DNA from: the human T2T-CHM13v2.0 reference genome, Homo sapiens | Assembly (NCBI RefSeq): GCF_009914755.1 | Contig: NC_060947.1 | Length of the DNA: 64,000 bases | Strand: one strand, 5' to 3' | Shown: piece by piece, positions 44,481 to 59,840 of the stretch | Layout of the letters: each line of letters opens with the position of its first letter | How positions within the stretch are numbered: the first letter of the stretch is position 1 | The notes under the pieces: generated by a model | Database searches by the model: none | Told to the model about the DNA's origin: nothing | What the model saw: the letters and a program-made list of their open reading frames with translations, nothing else | Made by a program: the position numbers and the translations under genes

Positions 44481-45594
44481 ATTGATATGGTAGTATATTT
44501 TTTAAATCCTTGTATAGCAGACTCCTGCGATGGTCTTCCTGTATCCCCTCAGGTCTCACCTCTAAATCTCAAGGCAAGTTACTAAAAACACCCATGAGTC
44601 TTGGCTCTGCAGAGCTAAGTCTCACGTTTGGATCTATAGGGCTACTTACTACACATGACTCTCTGCCTTAGGGGCTTTTTTTCTCACCTTTGGACCATGC
44701 TGAACATCAAACAAGGCAAGGTGGAGGTGACAGAGATTTATATCACCCCTGGGGGAAGTGCTTTAACAAGTATGGTTGGGTATTTGGTGGCTAAATACCC
44801 CCAGCCTCTTCACCCTACACTTGGGATGAATGTGAGGTATATGTTCCACACAGTCTCCCACAGGGTCCCCCTGGGAATTAGCTCCAATTGCCCACAGTGG
44901 TAACCTGCTAGATAGTTCTCCCCACCTTTGATTGGCTGCCTTCCTTGTGTGTCTCACGTCCCCACCCCCCTACCAGTGCTATCTGGGACTCCATCCCAAG
45001 TAAGCACTTTCTACGCACAAGTGTGTCTCAGGGTCTATTTCCAGGGAAAGTACATTTGAACACCTTGCATGCTAATTTACCCTCACACTTGAATGTCTGG
45101 CTAAAAGTAATGTAGGCTCAAAATTACTTTGCACCAAAAATTCAAAGACAATTCTTTATTTCTGGGGCGTTTCTAGTTGCTTCATTAGCTCCCTTTATCT
45201 TGAGAGAATTCCCTCCCCCCTTTACAAACCACTCCCATTTTAAATTCAATTTTGATTCCAACTTTTAACCACTGACTACTCCAAACATCAAGGGAGACAA
45301 ATCAAGACCTCTAAGTGGGTTCCTTAAAGCCCCCTCCCAATAGAAATTTAAGGCTGCATGGCCTCTCCATGTGTCCACTCAGCCTCCCTTCCAGCTTCTC
45401 TAAACAGGGCCCCTGTTTACTCCAGCACCCCCAGACTCTGCAACATTAGTAAACACACTTTCAAGGGGGAGTAGATAGAGTTCATCTGCTTGTGACCTCT
45501 GGTAGCACAGAGATGGCTCAGAAGTCAAGAAACCACATGAACAAAAGCCACGTCCAACCAAAAGCAACACAGCTTCCATTTGTAATTGGTTGCA

Positions 45595-45894
45595 TCAGGG
45601 GAAGGATTTATTGATCCACACTATTTTCTTGGATTTTCCATCCTCGCCAGAGGGCAGAGGTGAGTTGATGCCATGGTGTGTTGGCAAAGGCCAGCTCCAG
45701 CCTGGTGTGGCTTGTGCCAGCGTCCACAGTGACTCTGTCAGATCCGTGTCATTTTTGTGATTCCCAAGCTGTCTACTGAGTAAAATGTTCAGCACGTATT
45801 TAGCGGCCAGGCTGGGTCTTAAGTATTCATCTGCCTTCCTCCTGATGCTCCGTGCAGATGTGCTGGTACCTACTTCAAAGTGTCCCTGAGCCAT
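45595..45894 (-). CDS. Candidate divergent ETD-family (ETDA/B/C-like) small protein with C-terminal read-through extension, 99 aa
   Basis: [28 protein letters not shown] aligns to [30 protein letters not shown]. Kozak gtcATGG; acceptor ctttcacag (AG at 45945-45946); AATAAA on the - strand at 45607-45612. Expression unknown. Confidence 0.55.
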   Translation of the reverse strand: MAQGHFEVGTSTSARSIRRKADEYLRPSLAAKYVLNILLSRQLGNHKNDTDLTESLWTLAQATPGWSWPLPTHHGINSPLPSGEDGKSKKIVWINKSFP

Positions 45895-46028
45895 GACTGC
45901 TTGACTCCACAGATGGCTTCAGGAAGACAGCACAGAAGAGATACCTGTGAAAGCTGATGGAATCCAGAATTACCTGAAGGAGAAGCACCAAGTAGTCCTG
46001 GAAACCCCTCTGCATTTCCCCTCCCTAA

Positions 46029-46065
46029 CACACACACACACACACACACACACACGCGCGCGCGC
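46029..46065. repeat. (CA)n(CG)n microsatellite
   Basis: Alternating purine-pyrimidine run upstream of the - strand ETD-like exon; its counterpart is the (TG)n at ~51026-51081. Confidence 0.9.
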
Positions 46066-46539
46066 TTGACCAAAAGAGTCGGCTTTGCATGAATATATTT
46101 CTAGAATCTCTATGTTGGTCCGTGGACATGTCTATCAATTCCTGTTTCATTTACCAATCCTACAGAGTAAGTTTCAAGTCCAGAATGACAAGCTCCCCCT
46201 TTTACATAATCCTTCACATTTTTCGCAGTATAATTTCATCTGGTCTTCCAGTTACACAAACACTCAAAATTCTGCTGCGACTTATGATTAGGATTGCACT
46301 GGATTCACTGATTTATTTAGAGGAGAATTGATGCCATTGCAAAAATTGATCTTCATTTTCAGAAAAATGTAGTATTTTAAAATCTTATTTGAATATTCAA
46401 ACTGGAAGCTCATAAAAAGTTGTGTGTGTTTTCCTTATATGTGTCTTCACCATTTTTCTAGGTGTTTCATAACGATTGTGACAAATGTAAGATATTTTAT
46501 TTCTATTATATTCCCTATTTATTGGAAGACCATGTAAAT

Positions 46540-46680
46540 TTTTCATTTATTTATTTTTGTTGTAGAGATGGGATCACCTTATGCTGCCCAGGCTGTTCTT
46601 GAACTCCTGGGCTCAAGCGATCTACCCCACTCAGCCTTCCAAAGTGCTGGGATTATAGGCATGAGCCACTGTGCCTGGCC
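46540..46680 (-). mobile_element. Alu monomer (FLAM-type)
   Basis: Single antisense arm gtagagatggg...gagccactgtgcctggcc. Confidence 0.85.
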
Positions 46681-47265
46681 TACAATGCAAATTTTTATGC
46701 TTTTAGATTCTGTCAGTCAGCCTCTCCTGGCCTACTTCCTAGGTGATTGCCTTGGTTTTCTAGGATGTCAGTTCCTTAAGAGAAAGACAGTTTTCCACTT
46801 TCTTTGTTAAAATATTCTATACCTATAAGTTCTCTTCCCTCTTCAAATTGTTTAGGACACTGAACATGGCCTCGTGGTCTTTACATGGTTCTACGTGGGG
46901 TAGAAGAAAACCCGGAAGACTGAGCCTTCCTTCCCTGCCACTCAGGAAAGGGAGTGTGCTGGGTCCCTTTACAGGAACCTCAATTTCCTCAGTTCTTACA
47001 TAAGATTGAGTGGGCAGCCAGTGTGTAGGCAAGCCACGTCTCCTCATAATAGTCATTTTAGTTCCTCATGAGAACCCATTACAAAAAACACAAAGCCCTG
47101 TCCTTACCGTTGTCCCTCTGTGTGATGGTTAATACTGAGTGTCAACTTGATTGGATTGAAGGATGCAGGTTTGTTGATCTTGGGTGTGTCTGTGGGGTGT
47201 TACCAAAGGAGATTAGCATTTGAGTAAATGGGCAGACCTACCCTTAATCTGGTGGCCACAGTCTA

Positions 47266-47697
<432 letters not shown>

Positions 47698-47980
47698 ATG
47701 TGATAATGAGAGCAAAATTTTTGCTTCCTGTTCCCATGACATTACATTCTGCTGGCCTAGAGGTCTTAGTTCCAGAGGGAGGAATGCTGCCACTAGGAGA
47801 CACAACAACGATTCCATTAAAGTGGAAGTTAAGGTTGCCACCTGGACGCTTTGGGCTCCTCCTACCTTTAAGTCAACAGGCTAAGAAGGAAGTTATAGTG
47901 TTGACTGGGGTGACTGACCCAGACTATCAAGATGAAATCAGCCTACTACTCCACAACGGAGATAAGAAAGAGTACACATG

Positions 47981-48271
47981 GGCTGGGCACGGTGGCTCAT
48001 GCCTGTAATCCCAGCACTTTGGGAGGCTGAGGCGGGTGGAACACTTGAGGTCAGGAGTTCGAGACCAGCCTGGCCAGCATGGTAAAACCCCGTCTCTACT
48101 AAAAATACAAAAATTAGCCAGGCGTGGTGGCACGCACCTGTAATCCCAGCTACTCAGGAGGCTGAGGCAGGAGAAGCGCTTGAACTCGGGAGGCAGAGGT
48201 TGCAATGAGCCGAGATTGTGCACTCCAGCCTGGGTGACTGAGCAAGACTGTCTCAAAAAAAAAAAAAAAAA
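47981..48271 (+). mobile_element. AluS interrupting the HERV-L dUTPase
   Basis: Full Alu; the dUTPase sequence resumes after it ([19 protein letters not shown]). Confidence 0.93.
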
Positions 48272-48878
48272 GTGTATGCATGGAATACAGGAGATTCATT
48301 AGGGCGTCTCTTAGTATTACCATGCCCTGTGATTAAGGCCAATGGGAAACTACAACAGCCCAATCTAGGCAGGACTACAAATGACCCAGACCCTTCAGGA
48401 ACGAAGGTTTCAGTCGCTCCACCAGGAAAAAGACCATGACCTGCGGAGGTGTTTGCTGAAGGCAAAGGGAATACAGAATGGGTAGTAGAAGAAGGTAGTC
48501 ATCAATACCAGCTATGACCACGTGACCAGCTGCAGAAATGAGGACTGTAGTTGTCATGATTATTTTCTCCTTTTGTTAAAAACATGTTTGTGCATGTATA
48601 CACTTGTACTAAGAAAATATCTTTATTTTATTTCCTTTATCATGTGACATAAGATTTATTGACTTTATATCAGCATTTAGTATTGTTAACTTTATGTAAT
48701 AATATTTGGGTTGGGGATTGGTGCGTTTCCAGTTGTATGAAGGATAGTTGTATTATGTTAGACATAATTATGACCTTATTATTGTCTTTATTTGAAGATT
48801 ATGTGTGCTCTGAGGAGATGTGTATGGGTTCAAGTTGACAAGGGGCGGACTTGTGATGGTTAATACTGAGTGTCAACT

Positions 48879-48889
48879 TGATTGGATTA
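48879..48889 (-). promoter_or_regulatory. DUX4-type binding motif TAATCCAATCA in the MLT2A LTR
   Basis: tgattggatta on +. The same LTR has a TATA-like atataaa at 49021 and a donor cgt|gtaagt at 49206. Confidence 0.5.
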
Positions 48890-49225
48890 AAGGATGCAGG
48901 GTGTTGATCCTAGGTGTGTCTACAGGGTGCTGCCAAAGGAGATTAGCATTTGAATAAGTGGGCTGGGGAAGGCAGACCCACCCTTAATCTGGTGGGCGCA
49001 ATCTAATCGGCTGCCAGCAAATATAAAGCAGGCAGAGAAATGTGAACTATTGAGACGGGCCTGGCCTCCTAGTCTACATCTTTCTCCCCTGCTGGATGCT
49101 TCCTGCCCTCGAACATCAGACTCCAGGTTCTTCAATTTTGGGACTCAGACTGACTCTCCTTGCTCCTCAGCTTGCAGACAGCCTATTGTGGGACCTTGTG
49201 ATCGTGTAAGTTAATACTTAATAAA

Positions 49226-49281
<56 letters not shown>

Positions 49282-51188
49282 CTATTAGTTCTGTCCCTCT
49301 AAGGGAACCCTGACTAATACACTTGGACAGCCTGGAAAATCATGTCCTGCATCTAGACAATACTCACATGGGTCACACTTTAATGACAACAATATAGTTA
49401 TTCTAGATCAGAGACTTGGAAGGGACTACGGCTTGAGACATATGAGTGTGTCTCAAGGAACTGGACCAGTTTTAGCATAAGATTTTCCAAAGCATTAAAA
49501 GCCCACCTGCATCCTAGGTTCACATAATAAAAGTATGGAGCTCCACTGCACTGAGCTTTGGGAGGGGGGTAGGTGTGTGAGACACAGCAGTGTCAAATTG
49601 CAGTGTTTAATTTCTGCGACTAAACAAACACTCCATTTACATGAATTATATATTATAGAAGGAGTAATTGCAGAGTCATGACCAAGGCAGGATGCAGAGA
49701 TTGACAAGTAAGTGGGAAATTCGACCTGAGACTAATTCCCTGATTGGAACATGGCAGACAAAGTTGCTGATCACTACCCAGGGAACCTGGCAAGATGCAG
49801 TGGGTGCTGTTTATCTACACAAAGAAGAAATTTTAATGAAGGAATTTTGTACAAGCCAGGAAGAAGCTCTGAGGCCAGGATAGCTGAGTGTTTCATCCAG
49901 GAAAGAGACGCAGATGGCGCCCAGCCACAGGATATACCTGCTTCCTCACCCAGCAAATTCCCTCACCCTATTGAGTCCTGAACCCGAAGGAAGCCAGGGA
50001 TGGTGGCCAGTGTTTGAATCTTGCATACTGTTGGCACTAGGTTCTGAGGGCAATTGTGAGTCACCGTAGTAACCATGACTTCACTTTGTACTGAACCAAT
50101 AAGGCCCTGGGACTCAGGGAAAGAGAGAGAGTGCCAAAGTATGTTTCCTCTTACTGTTTACCCTCTGGTCCAGATCTTTCTTAAAAAGCAATCTGAGTGG
50201 CCTGACAGGTAAAATATCCTGATATACTAAGATCATAGAGCATCCTTTTGTGCCATTACCTAACTAACCTATCTGATAAACCCCAACCCTGTTTGGTAAT
50301 CAGGGGAGGGTATGGGAGAGTCATTTGTTCAAAGTGATACAGAGACACTATAGAAGAGTGGGTAGGAGCACAAGGCTTCAGATATAGGCTTTCTCAGTTC
50401 CAGTCTCACCTCTCTGTAGCCTTGGGCAAGTCCTTTAATCTCTCTTGGGAGCCCAAAATTGAGAACACAGTTGGCATCCACCCCTGGCCTTGGCATTGTG
50501 CCAGATTCAAATAAAATACCACACAGCATTTTTGAGGGTGAGACAGGGTCAGGTATCAGAGGTGAGTACAATCTTTAAATCACTGAGATTACGTTCCCCA
50601 GATGGAAACTCAGCAGGATGGGCCTTAGAAACAGAAACTAGGTATCGCTTGAGAATGTACAGTTTATTTCTTACACTGCGGGTTGGAGTAAGAGCCATAC
50701 CTGCTTCACCAATGATATTCAAAGGAGACAGAGGTGAGAAGAAGGCAGCTCTGCAAAAGAGCAACATAAAATTGAGTTAAAGTTAGTGTGGATATAAGAA
50801 TTACATTAACACTTGAGTTTAAGCTAGTGCTTTGAGTGCAATCTAACAAGTCTGTGTGTGTCAGATGAAGATCGGGTTGATGCAACAGTGTATCCTTAAT
50901 GTTCCGGGTCCCGTCAGGCTCCTATACAGCCCCATGTGTGAGACAGATTGAATAAATGATATGGTTGGCATTTCAAATCAGATGATGGCCCAAAGCAATC
51001 GCCTGTGACTACTGCTGGTAGCCGAGTGTGTGTGTGTTTGTGTGTGTGCGTGTGCTTGATATGTGGCTGTGTGGGTGTGTGGCAGTGAAGAAGAGGTCCC
51101 AGGTCCACTTGATTACCTGGAATTCATCATCTTTTTCAGGCTTTCTTAGTTGAGCTGTCTTCCTGAGGTTGTTTGGAGCCGCTGCGTC

Positions 51189-51368
<180 letters not shown>

Positions 51369-52232
51369 AGCAACTCCAGGGTGAACATGGCCTTGGACAA
51401 AGAGTCATGTGGCTTATGTGCTGAGGCCTGCCCAGAATTCTGAGATATTAATTATAATTAGAACAATAAACTCCTCCCATGTTTGAGCTATTAAAACAGT
51501 CTGTCATTTCACTCCTTTGGATTGGATATGTGTTTGCTGACAGGGCTTACTTGGGTTACACTGGAAGGGGCTTTTGTTCATCCTAACGCACAGTGCAGGG
51601 GTGCTCAGACACGGAGCAGAGAGTGAGATCATGCTGCACACCAGATGTCCCCCACCATCAATCTGAAAAACACTGTGAAGTAGTGATGTAGTACTTGGCA
51701 TTCAAAGAGCAAAGACTCTTCTCCCTAGCCATTTTGGAGAGACAGCCCTGGTGTTCCCCTCTAAAACCTAATGCTTGTCCTAGTGAAAAGACATTGTTTA
51801 AGAGCAGACCAACAGCTGGGTTGGGAGTGTGGGGTATGCTTTAACATTGCAGATATCATGTCCACAGAGCCTACTAGAGGCAATTGCCCTGCTCATTGTC
51901 CCCAGGAAAGTAGAATGTCCTGGTGGCTTTTTTTTTTTTTTTTGGCATGTCAAACAAACCTTCAGGCCACAGCTAATCAAAGAGAGTTAATTTTCCTGAA
52001 GGGAAGCCGTCGGATAGTCCAACAAGACATGTGAGATGGCTCCCATTCAAAAAGCTCTGTCCCCAAGGAATGTGCTGAGCAAGTCAGATACTCACTCCAA
52101 AAAACCTGAAATGGGAATTATATGGGCAATTGGTCACTAAGAAGTGAGAGCTAAAGGTGAAGTGGGGACAGGGAGAGCAAAAAGGTCAGAGCCATGGTGG
52201 ATATTGGCAAGCCCAAGTTAGGAGTAAGATGA

Positions 52233-53538
<1,306 letters not shown>

Positions 53539-53601
53539 AAAGCCATCACAAATTCTAAGCATCTCTCTTGTCCTTTAACGTCCTTTAAAGATGCAAAATA
53601 A

Positions 53602-54056
<455 letters not shown>

Positions 54057-55039
54057 TTAGATTTTTTATGGGGTAGAAAATTTAACCCCTCTATGTCCTT
54101 TTCACCCTCCCCTCTGTCCCTGTTGCCTTCTCTGTCCCTGCTCTGATTCAGCATTGCCAAAAAGGAGCCACCAGCCTCTCCTCAGAGGATGCAGCTGGCT
54201 GTAGAATGGAGGGGAGGGGTTAGAGGTTGCCAGGTACAGGGGCCTCCTGGGTGCACTTTTGCGGGGAACGCTGCCTGGACACTCCTGCGTCGGTGACTAT
54301 TTACCTGCAGTCCAGCATCGAACAGTGGCTGTGAGGTGGAGAAAAGGTGGGGAATGGAGGCTGAGAAAGCAGCAGGTAGGGCAAGAAGGAGCCAAACCCA
54401 CAGGAGCAGAGGCTAATAACAGTCAACCTCCTACACTCCATGGCCACACAACAGAAGAGACAGAATTTAGGATACAGAGTTACATGCAGATAAATCTCAC
54501 TATTATACTGAGTGAGAAAACAAGTAGCACAGAATTATGTACCAAATAGTTACTCAATTGTGCCAAGCAGTACTTGGATATATACATAGACAGTAAAGTT
54601 ATCCAAACTAGAGCAGCAGCACATTCAAGTGAAACTCTGTCCAGTTTCCGACTTGACTAGTGCCCCAAAACAGTTGATACCAACTAACTCCCATCTTGCA
54701 AGGAGTTGCCTAACAATGGAGGCCTGGTAAAGAAGGCAATCATAATCATGTGACCTCTGACCACTCACCCACCTGCGGGTGTCTACTCACACTGGAAGTC
54801 TGGGTGGGTTGGAGACCAGGAAGCCCACTTCACAGGGGTTGCATAGTGTGCTGAGTTCTCAAGAGGAAAATCCCTTACACTTCAAATTTACTGGAAGGCT
54901 GTGGCTACTCAGCATATCCTTATTGGGCTTGACTTGTGTCCCCAGAAGTCAGACTCACAAATAAATTTTACAAGGGGAGTGGCTGCAGGAGAGGGATGAG
55001 ATTTGGCCAGATTCTCCTAAAGAGATTTTTCTCAGGAAA

Positions 55040-56800
55040 TCTTAGTGGAGGCCATAAGTAGCCTCCTCTGGGGAAATCTGGACGCAGCTGATTGCCAGGG
55101 ATTAGAGGCTGAGTGGAGAGTGCGCACACGGTGTCAGGAGACACTCTTCTTCTAATCTTTCATTTCTGGTTGCTGCCTCTCATTGCTCAAATCATCTACT
55201 AACCAGAGAGCAAGGAAGCCAAAGTGATGTGGTCCATGGTATCAGCCTTCTGGAACACAGAGCCTTGTAGAGAAGCATATATCTGGTTGAACAAACTGAG
55301 AATAATCTAACCAATTCACCATTTTTTTTCCACAGCCAGCACCCACTGTTGCTTTGATCAGAGGAAAAAATACCCTTGCATAACACACGATATGAGGTCG
55401 ATTTGATTACAATACCACACAGATCCTAAATTGTAACTTTAGTGGTTACAAGAAAGTTTCCTACACATTCTCATGGAATGGGTGAAGGAAAAGTCATCTT
55501 ATCTCCCTATGAAACTAATTTCTTATACTCTGTCAGCACCTGGAAATGTTGGTGGATGTGTACCTGGTGGAATAACCTAGGAATTTGTTGTTGAAAGATA
55601 TGAATTTTTGGAAGTGATACCATTATGGAATTGCATCAATTTTCCGTGGAACATTAGAGCTCGACACGGAAGTGCTAGGTGGTGCCCCAGTGAATCCCCT
55701 CAGGTACAGAACTCGTCATCTTTCTCACATTAGGAAGCAGCAATCCAAACTCCCCTTGGTCATCTGGATCACTCACCCATTCAGGACAGTGACCCCTTCT
55801 CAACCCCAACTTTTGTTATCCAAAGACTTGAAAATGGACAGGGAACAAGGAGTCAATGTCAGTTTCCAAGATAATGGAACTGTGGATATTTTCCAAGGAA
55901 GAGGCATCTTAGCTCAAATATTTTAGCCTCTAAACTATCCAAGTCCTATTTTTGGAGAAAAGGAAGGGGGAAAATCTGTGAATCATTTTTGGGGGGCATA
56001 AGAGTGGGGAGAGTCATTCTGTGTCCCATCCTGGCAATGGAGAATGGCACTATAGGTTGCTTACAGGTCCAGAACTAGAGCCATATCCTGTAGGACAGCC
56101 CTCCAACCTTGCAAGTTTCTGCTTCCTACATAATGCTACAATTGACTTTTCAACAGGCCATTCCAGCACTGTATAAGGCCAGATGCTTCTGGGTGATGGT
56201 AAGACTGGTAGATTACACGGGCCTGAGCTCATGTACCATCTTCAGTTGCCATAAAAAGAGTTATTGGACAAAAGTGATATTTTGGAAAAACCACGGTGTG
56301 GGGAAGTAGATCAGCAATACAGAAATGTATAGGTAACAGTAGAGGAACTGCCTGTTTACTCACCTCCCAGCAAAGAAAATGCAACTTTAAACTAAAGGAC
56401 TTCATTTGTCCCTCACGTAAGCTCCATTCTGAATTTTGGATTTGTCGTTCTCATGTCTGTATGGCTGTTGTGTAAAATAAGTAGAGGCCAAATTCAAATT
56501 ATTTTGTCCCATAACCCCTCCCAATGTCCAAGCCACGTCCATTCTGCTGGGTTCTTTCATCTCTGCTCCCTATTATCAATCCTAGAGTTAGCCCTACACA
56601 TTTTTTGATCACTGCTAGATAAGAACATGTATTTTGTGACCTTAGTATTCCACTTGGTCAGTGTTCAGTAATTTGTACACCCTGTCCAAGATAATCATCA
56701 CAACTCTAATCTTCCCATATCAAAGCTTCTTGCTTCCCCCAGCTCAGGCTAGGTCTAGGCTGCAGCCTGCAGTGGGAAAGGGCGGTGACCCTTCCACTTG
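55040..56800 (-). mobile_element. LTR33-like LTR plus old ERVL internal fragments
   Basis: The reverse complement of 55790-55880 matches 43405-43510; an LTR33-like segment lies at 55180-55312. Confidence 0.55.
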
Positions 56801-57899
56801 TACTCAGACATCATCTGCACCCCTCCCCTTTTGCAAATACTGGTCCACCAGGGTCTGTTGAACAGGGGGAAAGGCAAGAGTTTCAGGTCAGTAAACATCT
56901 CCCTTATCTGGATGGAGTTTAGCAGCTGTTTAAATCTGATTTTCTTTTTTTTAAGTGAGTGCATTAATGGCTGTTCAGGGACTAAATCACTAGGTCTCAA
57001 GTCCCTACAGTTCCCTGACATAAGGCCTCCACACAGATCTCTTGAGAAAACTTCCTTCAGAATACTCCAGACCAAACCAAATACTATTTCTCTCTCTCTC
57101 TTCCCTTCTCTTCCTCTCTCCCCTTTCTCTCCTCTCTTCTCTTTCTGCTATCCTAATTCCTTTTTAAGTTTCTTTCTGATACTATCTTTTGAGAAGCTGA
57201 TTCAAACCCTTCTTGTGGCCCCTGTGAAGTGCCATCACTCCAGGAAGTTTGAGGTGAAGAGCATTTTCTTCCTGTAAGCTGAGGACACTATTCAACCTCT
57301 GTTAAGTGGGCCTCTCTGCTCTCCAAGTCACCCAGATTCTCTAATGTGAGTACATACTCACACATGGGTGAGTGGTCAGAGCTTACATGATTGTTTGTGA
57401 TTGCCTTCTTTACCAGTCCTCCACTGATAGGCAACTCCTTGCAAGATGTGAAGCACTTGGTACCAATTTTGGAAGCATTAGCTAAGTCTGAGACTAAATA
57501 GAGTTCCACTTCAACATCCTGCTGCCTTTTGGATACCTTTGCTATCTATGTGTGTGTGTATCCAATATATGTACACACACGCACACACACACACACACAC
57601 ACACAGCTTGACATGTTTTTCTTACTATTTGGTACATACTTTTATGCTACCTTTTTTCCCACTCAACCATTATAATTGTGAAATTTACCTACGTTGGTGT
57701 GTATAGTTCTATATCCTACATTTCAGCTCTTCTCTTGTATGTCAAGGTACTGTAGCAGGATGGATATACCCATCTATGCTTCACTGTATGTGTTGTCTGT
57801 ACCTGTTACATCATTGGAAAAAAGAAGCTCAGTGATTGGTGGGCAAGTTTTGGATTTTGTAGGCACCATATACTACACTGGAGTGTGCTCTGTTATCCC

Positions 57900-59460
57900 A
57901 TAATCCCAGTAGTCTAAGTAAGACTACTACTTTTCAATGGGGACATTTTCTGTGCATGGCAATCAATCTAATTGTCCATCTGTCCCACCTCTTGCCCAAT
58001 GGTCTTATGGACACAGAAACATGGACTTTCCCTAATGAAGGCTGATCTGGCTACCATTACTAGTGAGGTCCTAACCTGACAAATAGCAAAGAACAACACT
58101 ATGCTCCAGATATGGCAATGTTCCCTGGGCAAAGCTGCCAGCAACTTGGTGGCAGGACAGTTACATTGGACCTCTTCCATTGTGGATGTGTGTCACAGTC
58201 CATTGAGGCTGCTATAACAAAATACAATAAACAAGGTAGCTTATATAGAACAAAAAATATTTCTCATAGTTCTGGAGGCTGGGAAGAACAAGAATAAGAT
58301 GCTGGCAGATTCAGTGTCTGGTGAGAGCCTGCTTCCTGGTTCAAACATGGTACCTTCTCACTGGGTCCTCACATGGTGAAGGGAGCAAGGGGACTTTCTT
58401 GTGTCTCTTTTATATGGACACTATTCCCATTCATTAGGGCTCTACCCTCATGACTTAATCACCTCCCAAAAAACTTCACCTCTTAATATTATTACCTTGG
58501 GTATTAAGATCTGAACATATGAATTTGGTGGGGGGAATGGGACACAAACATCCATATTACGGCAAGGAGGCAGATATTTGTCCTCATCATAATAGACACA
58601 TATTCAGGGTATGGATTATCTTCTCTATCCATAATGCTTATAGCAGCATCACCATATGTGGACTCACAGAATGCCACATACTTCATTATGGTATTCCACA
58701 TAGCATTGTTTTTGATTGTACAATTAATTTCACATCAAAGGAAGTTCAGTACTGGTCTTATCATATAACCCATCACCCAAAAGTGCTTGATACAATTGAA
58801 AGGTGGATAGACTTAATGAAAAATCAGGAATCCCCTGGGTGACGACACCCTGAAAGGATGAAGTTCTATCTAAAAGGATGCAATATATGCTTTAAAACAG
58901 AGACCATTATATGGTGTTGTTTCCCCCATAGATAGAATACATGTGTCCAGGAATTAAGGGGTGGAAGAGGGAGCTCCTTCTCTCACTAGGACCTCTTAGC
59001 AGCCAACTCATAGATTTTTTGTTTCTTCTTCTTGCCACTTTTAGCTCTGCTGATTTGGAAGTGTCAGTTCCCAAGGAGGAATGCTTCCATCAGGGATCAT
59101 ATGAGTGGTTCCACTGAATAGGAAGATAAGACTGCCACCTGGCCATTTTGAATACCTCATGCCATAGAAACAACAGTCAAGTAGGGGATTATGTCACTGG
59201 CTGAGGTGATTTACCCTGATTACTAAGGGGAAATCAGATGCAGCTACATTATAAAAGAAAGAATGGGGGAGGGCCATATTTGGAATCAACTCAGGATTTT
59301 CTTGGGTTCCCCTTGGTGCTTTTATGTTCATACTAAAAGGTAATGAAAAGCTACAGTAATTAAAATAAATAGGCAGTACCATGGATGACTCAGACCTCTC
59401 AGAAATGAAGATCTGTGTCACATCTTCAGGCAAAGACCCCCAACAGCTGAGGCATGGGCA
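57900..59460 (+). mobile_element. ERVL internal (integrase/dUTPase) relic with an antisense MLT1A-type LTR at ~58190-58556
   Basis: Integrase-like ICGLTECHILHYGIPHSIVFDCTINFTSKEVQYWSYHITHHPKVLDTIERW in ORF 58519-58842. Confidence 0.7.
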
Positions 59461-59553
59461 GAAAAAAGTGATGGCTAACTAAATAAGAAAATTGTAATTA
59501 CTTTTAAATGTGTCTGAATCTAATAATATTACATCCTTAAAACACACAGATGT

Positions 59554-59840
59554 GGCCGGGCATGGTGGCTCACGCTTGTAATCCCAGCACTTTGGGAGGC
59601 CAAAGTGGGTGGATCACGAGGTCAGGAGTTCAGGACCAGCCTGGCCAAGATGGTGAAACCCAGTCTCTACTAAAAATACAAAAATTAGCTGGGGGTAGTG
59701 GCAGGTGCCTGTAATCCCAGCTACTCAGGAGGCTGAGGCAGGAGAATCGCTTGAACCCGGGGGATGGAGGTTGCAGTGATCCGAGATCGTGCCACTGCAC
59801 ACTCCACTCTGGGCAGCAGAGTGAAACTCCGTCTCAAAAA
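59554..59840 (+). mobile_element. AluSg-like; tail continues at 60810-60845 after the LTR5
   Basis: The TSD aaa(c/a)acagatgt flanks the Alu plus the LTR. Confidence 0.92.

Noticed and set aside
56798-57277. 159-aa ORF
   Set aside because: Low-complexity CT-rich/ERVL-derived sequence with no recognisable domain.
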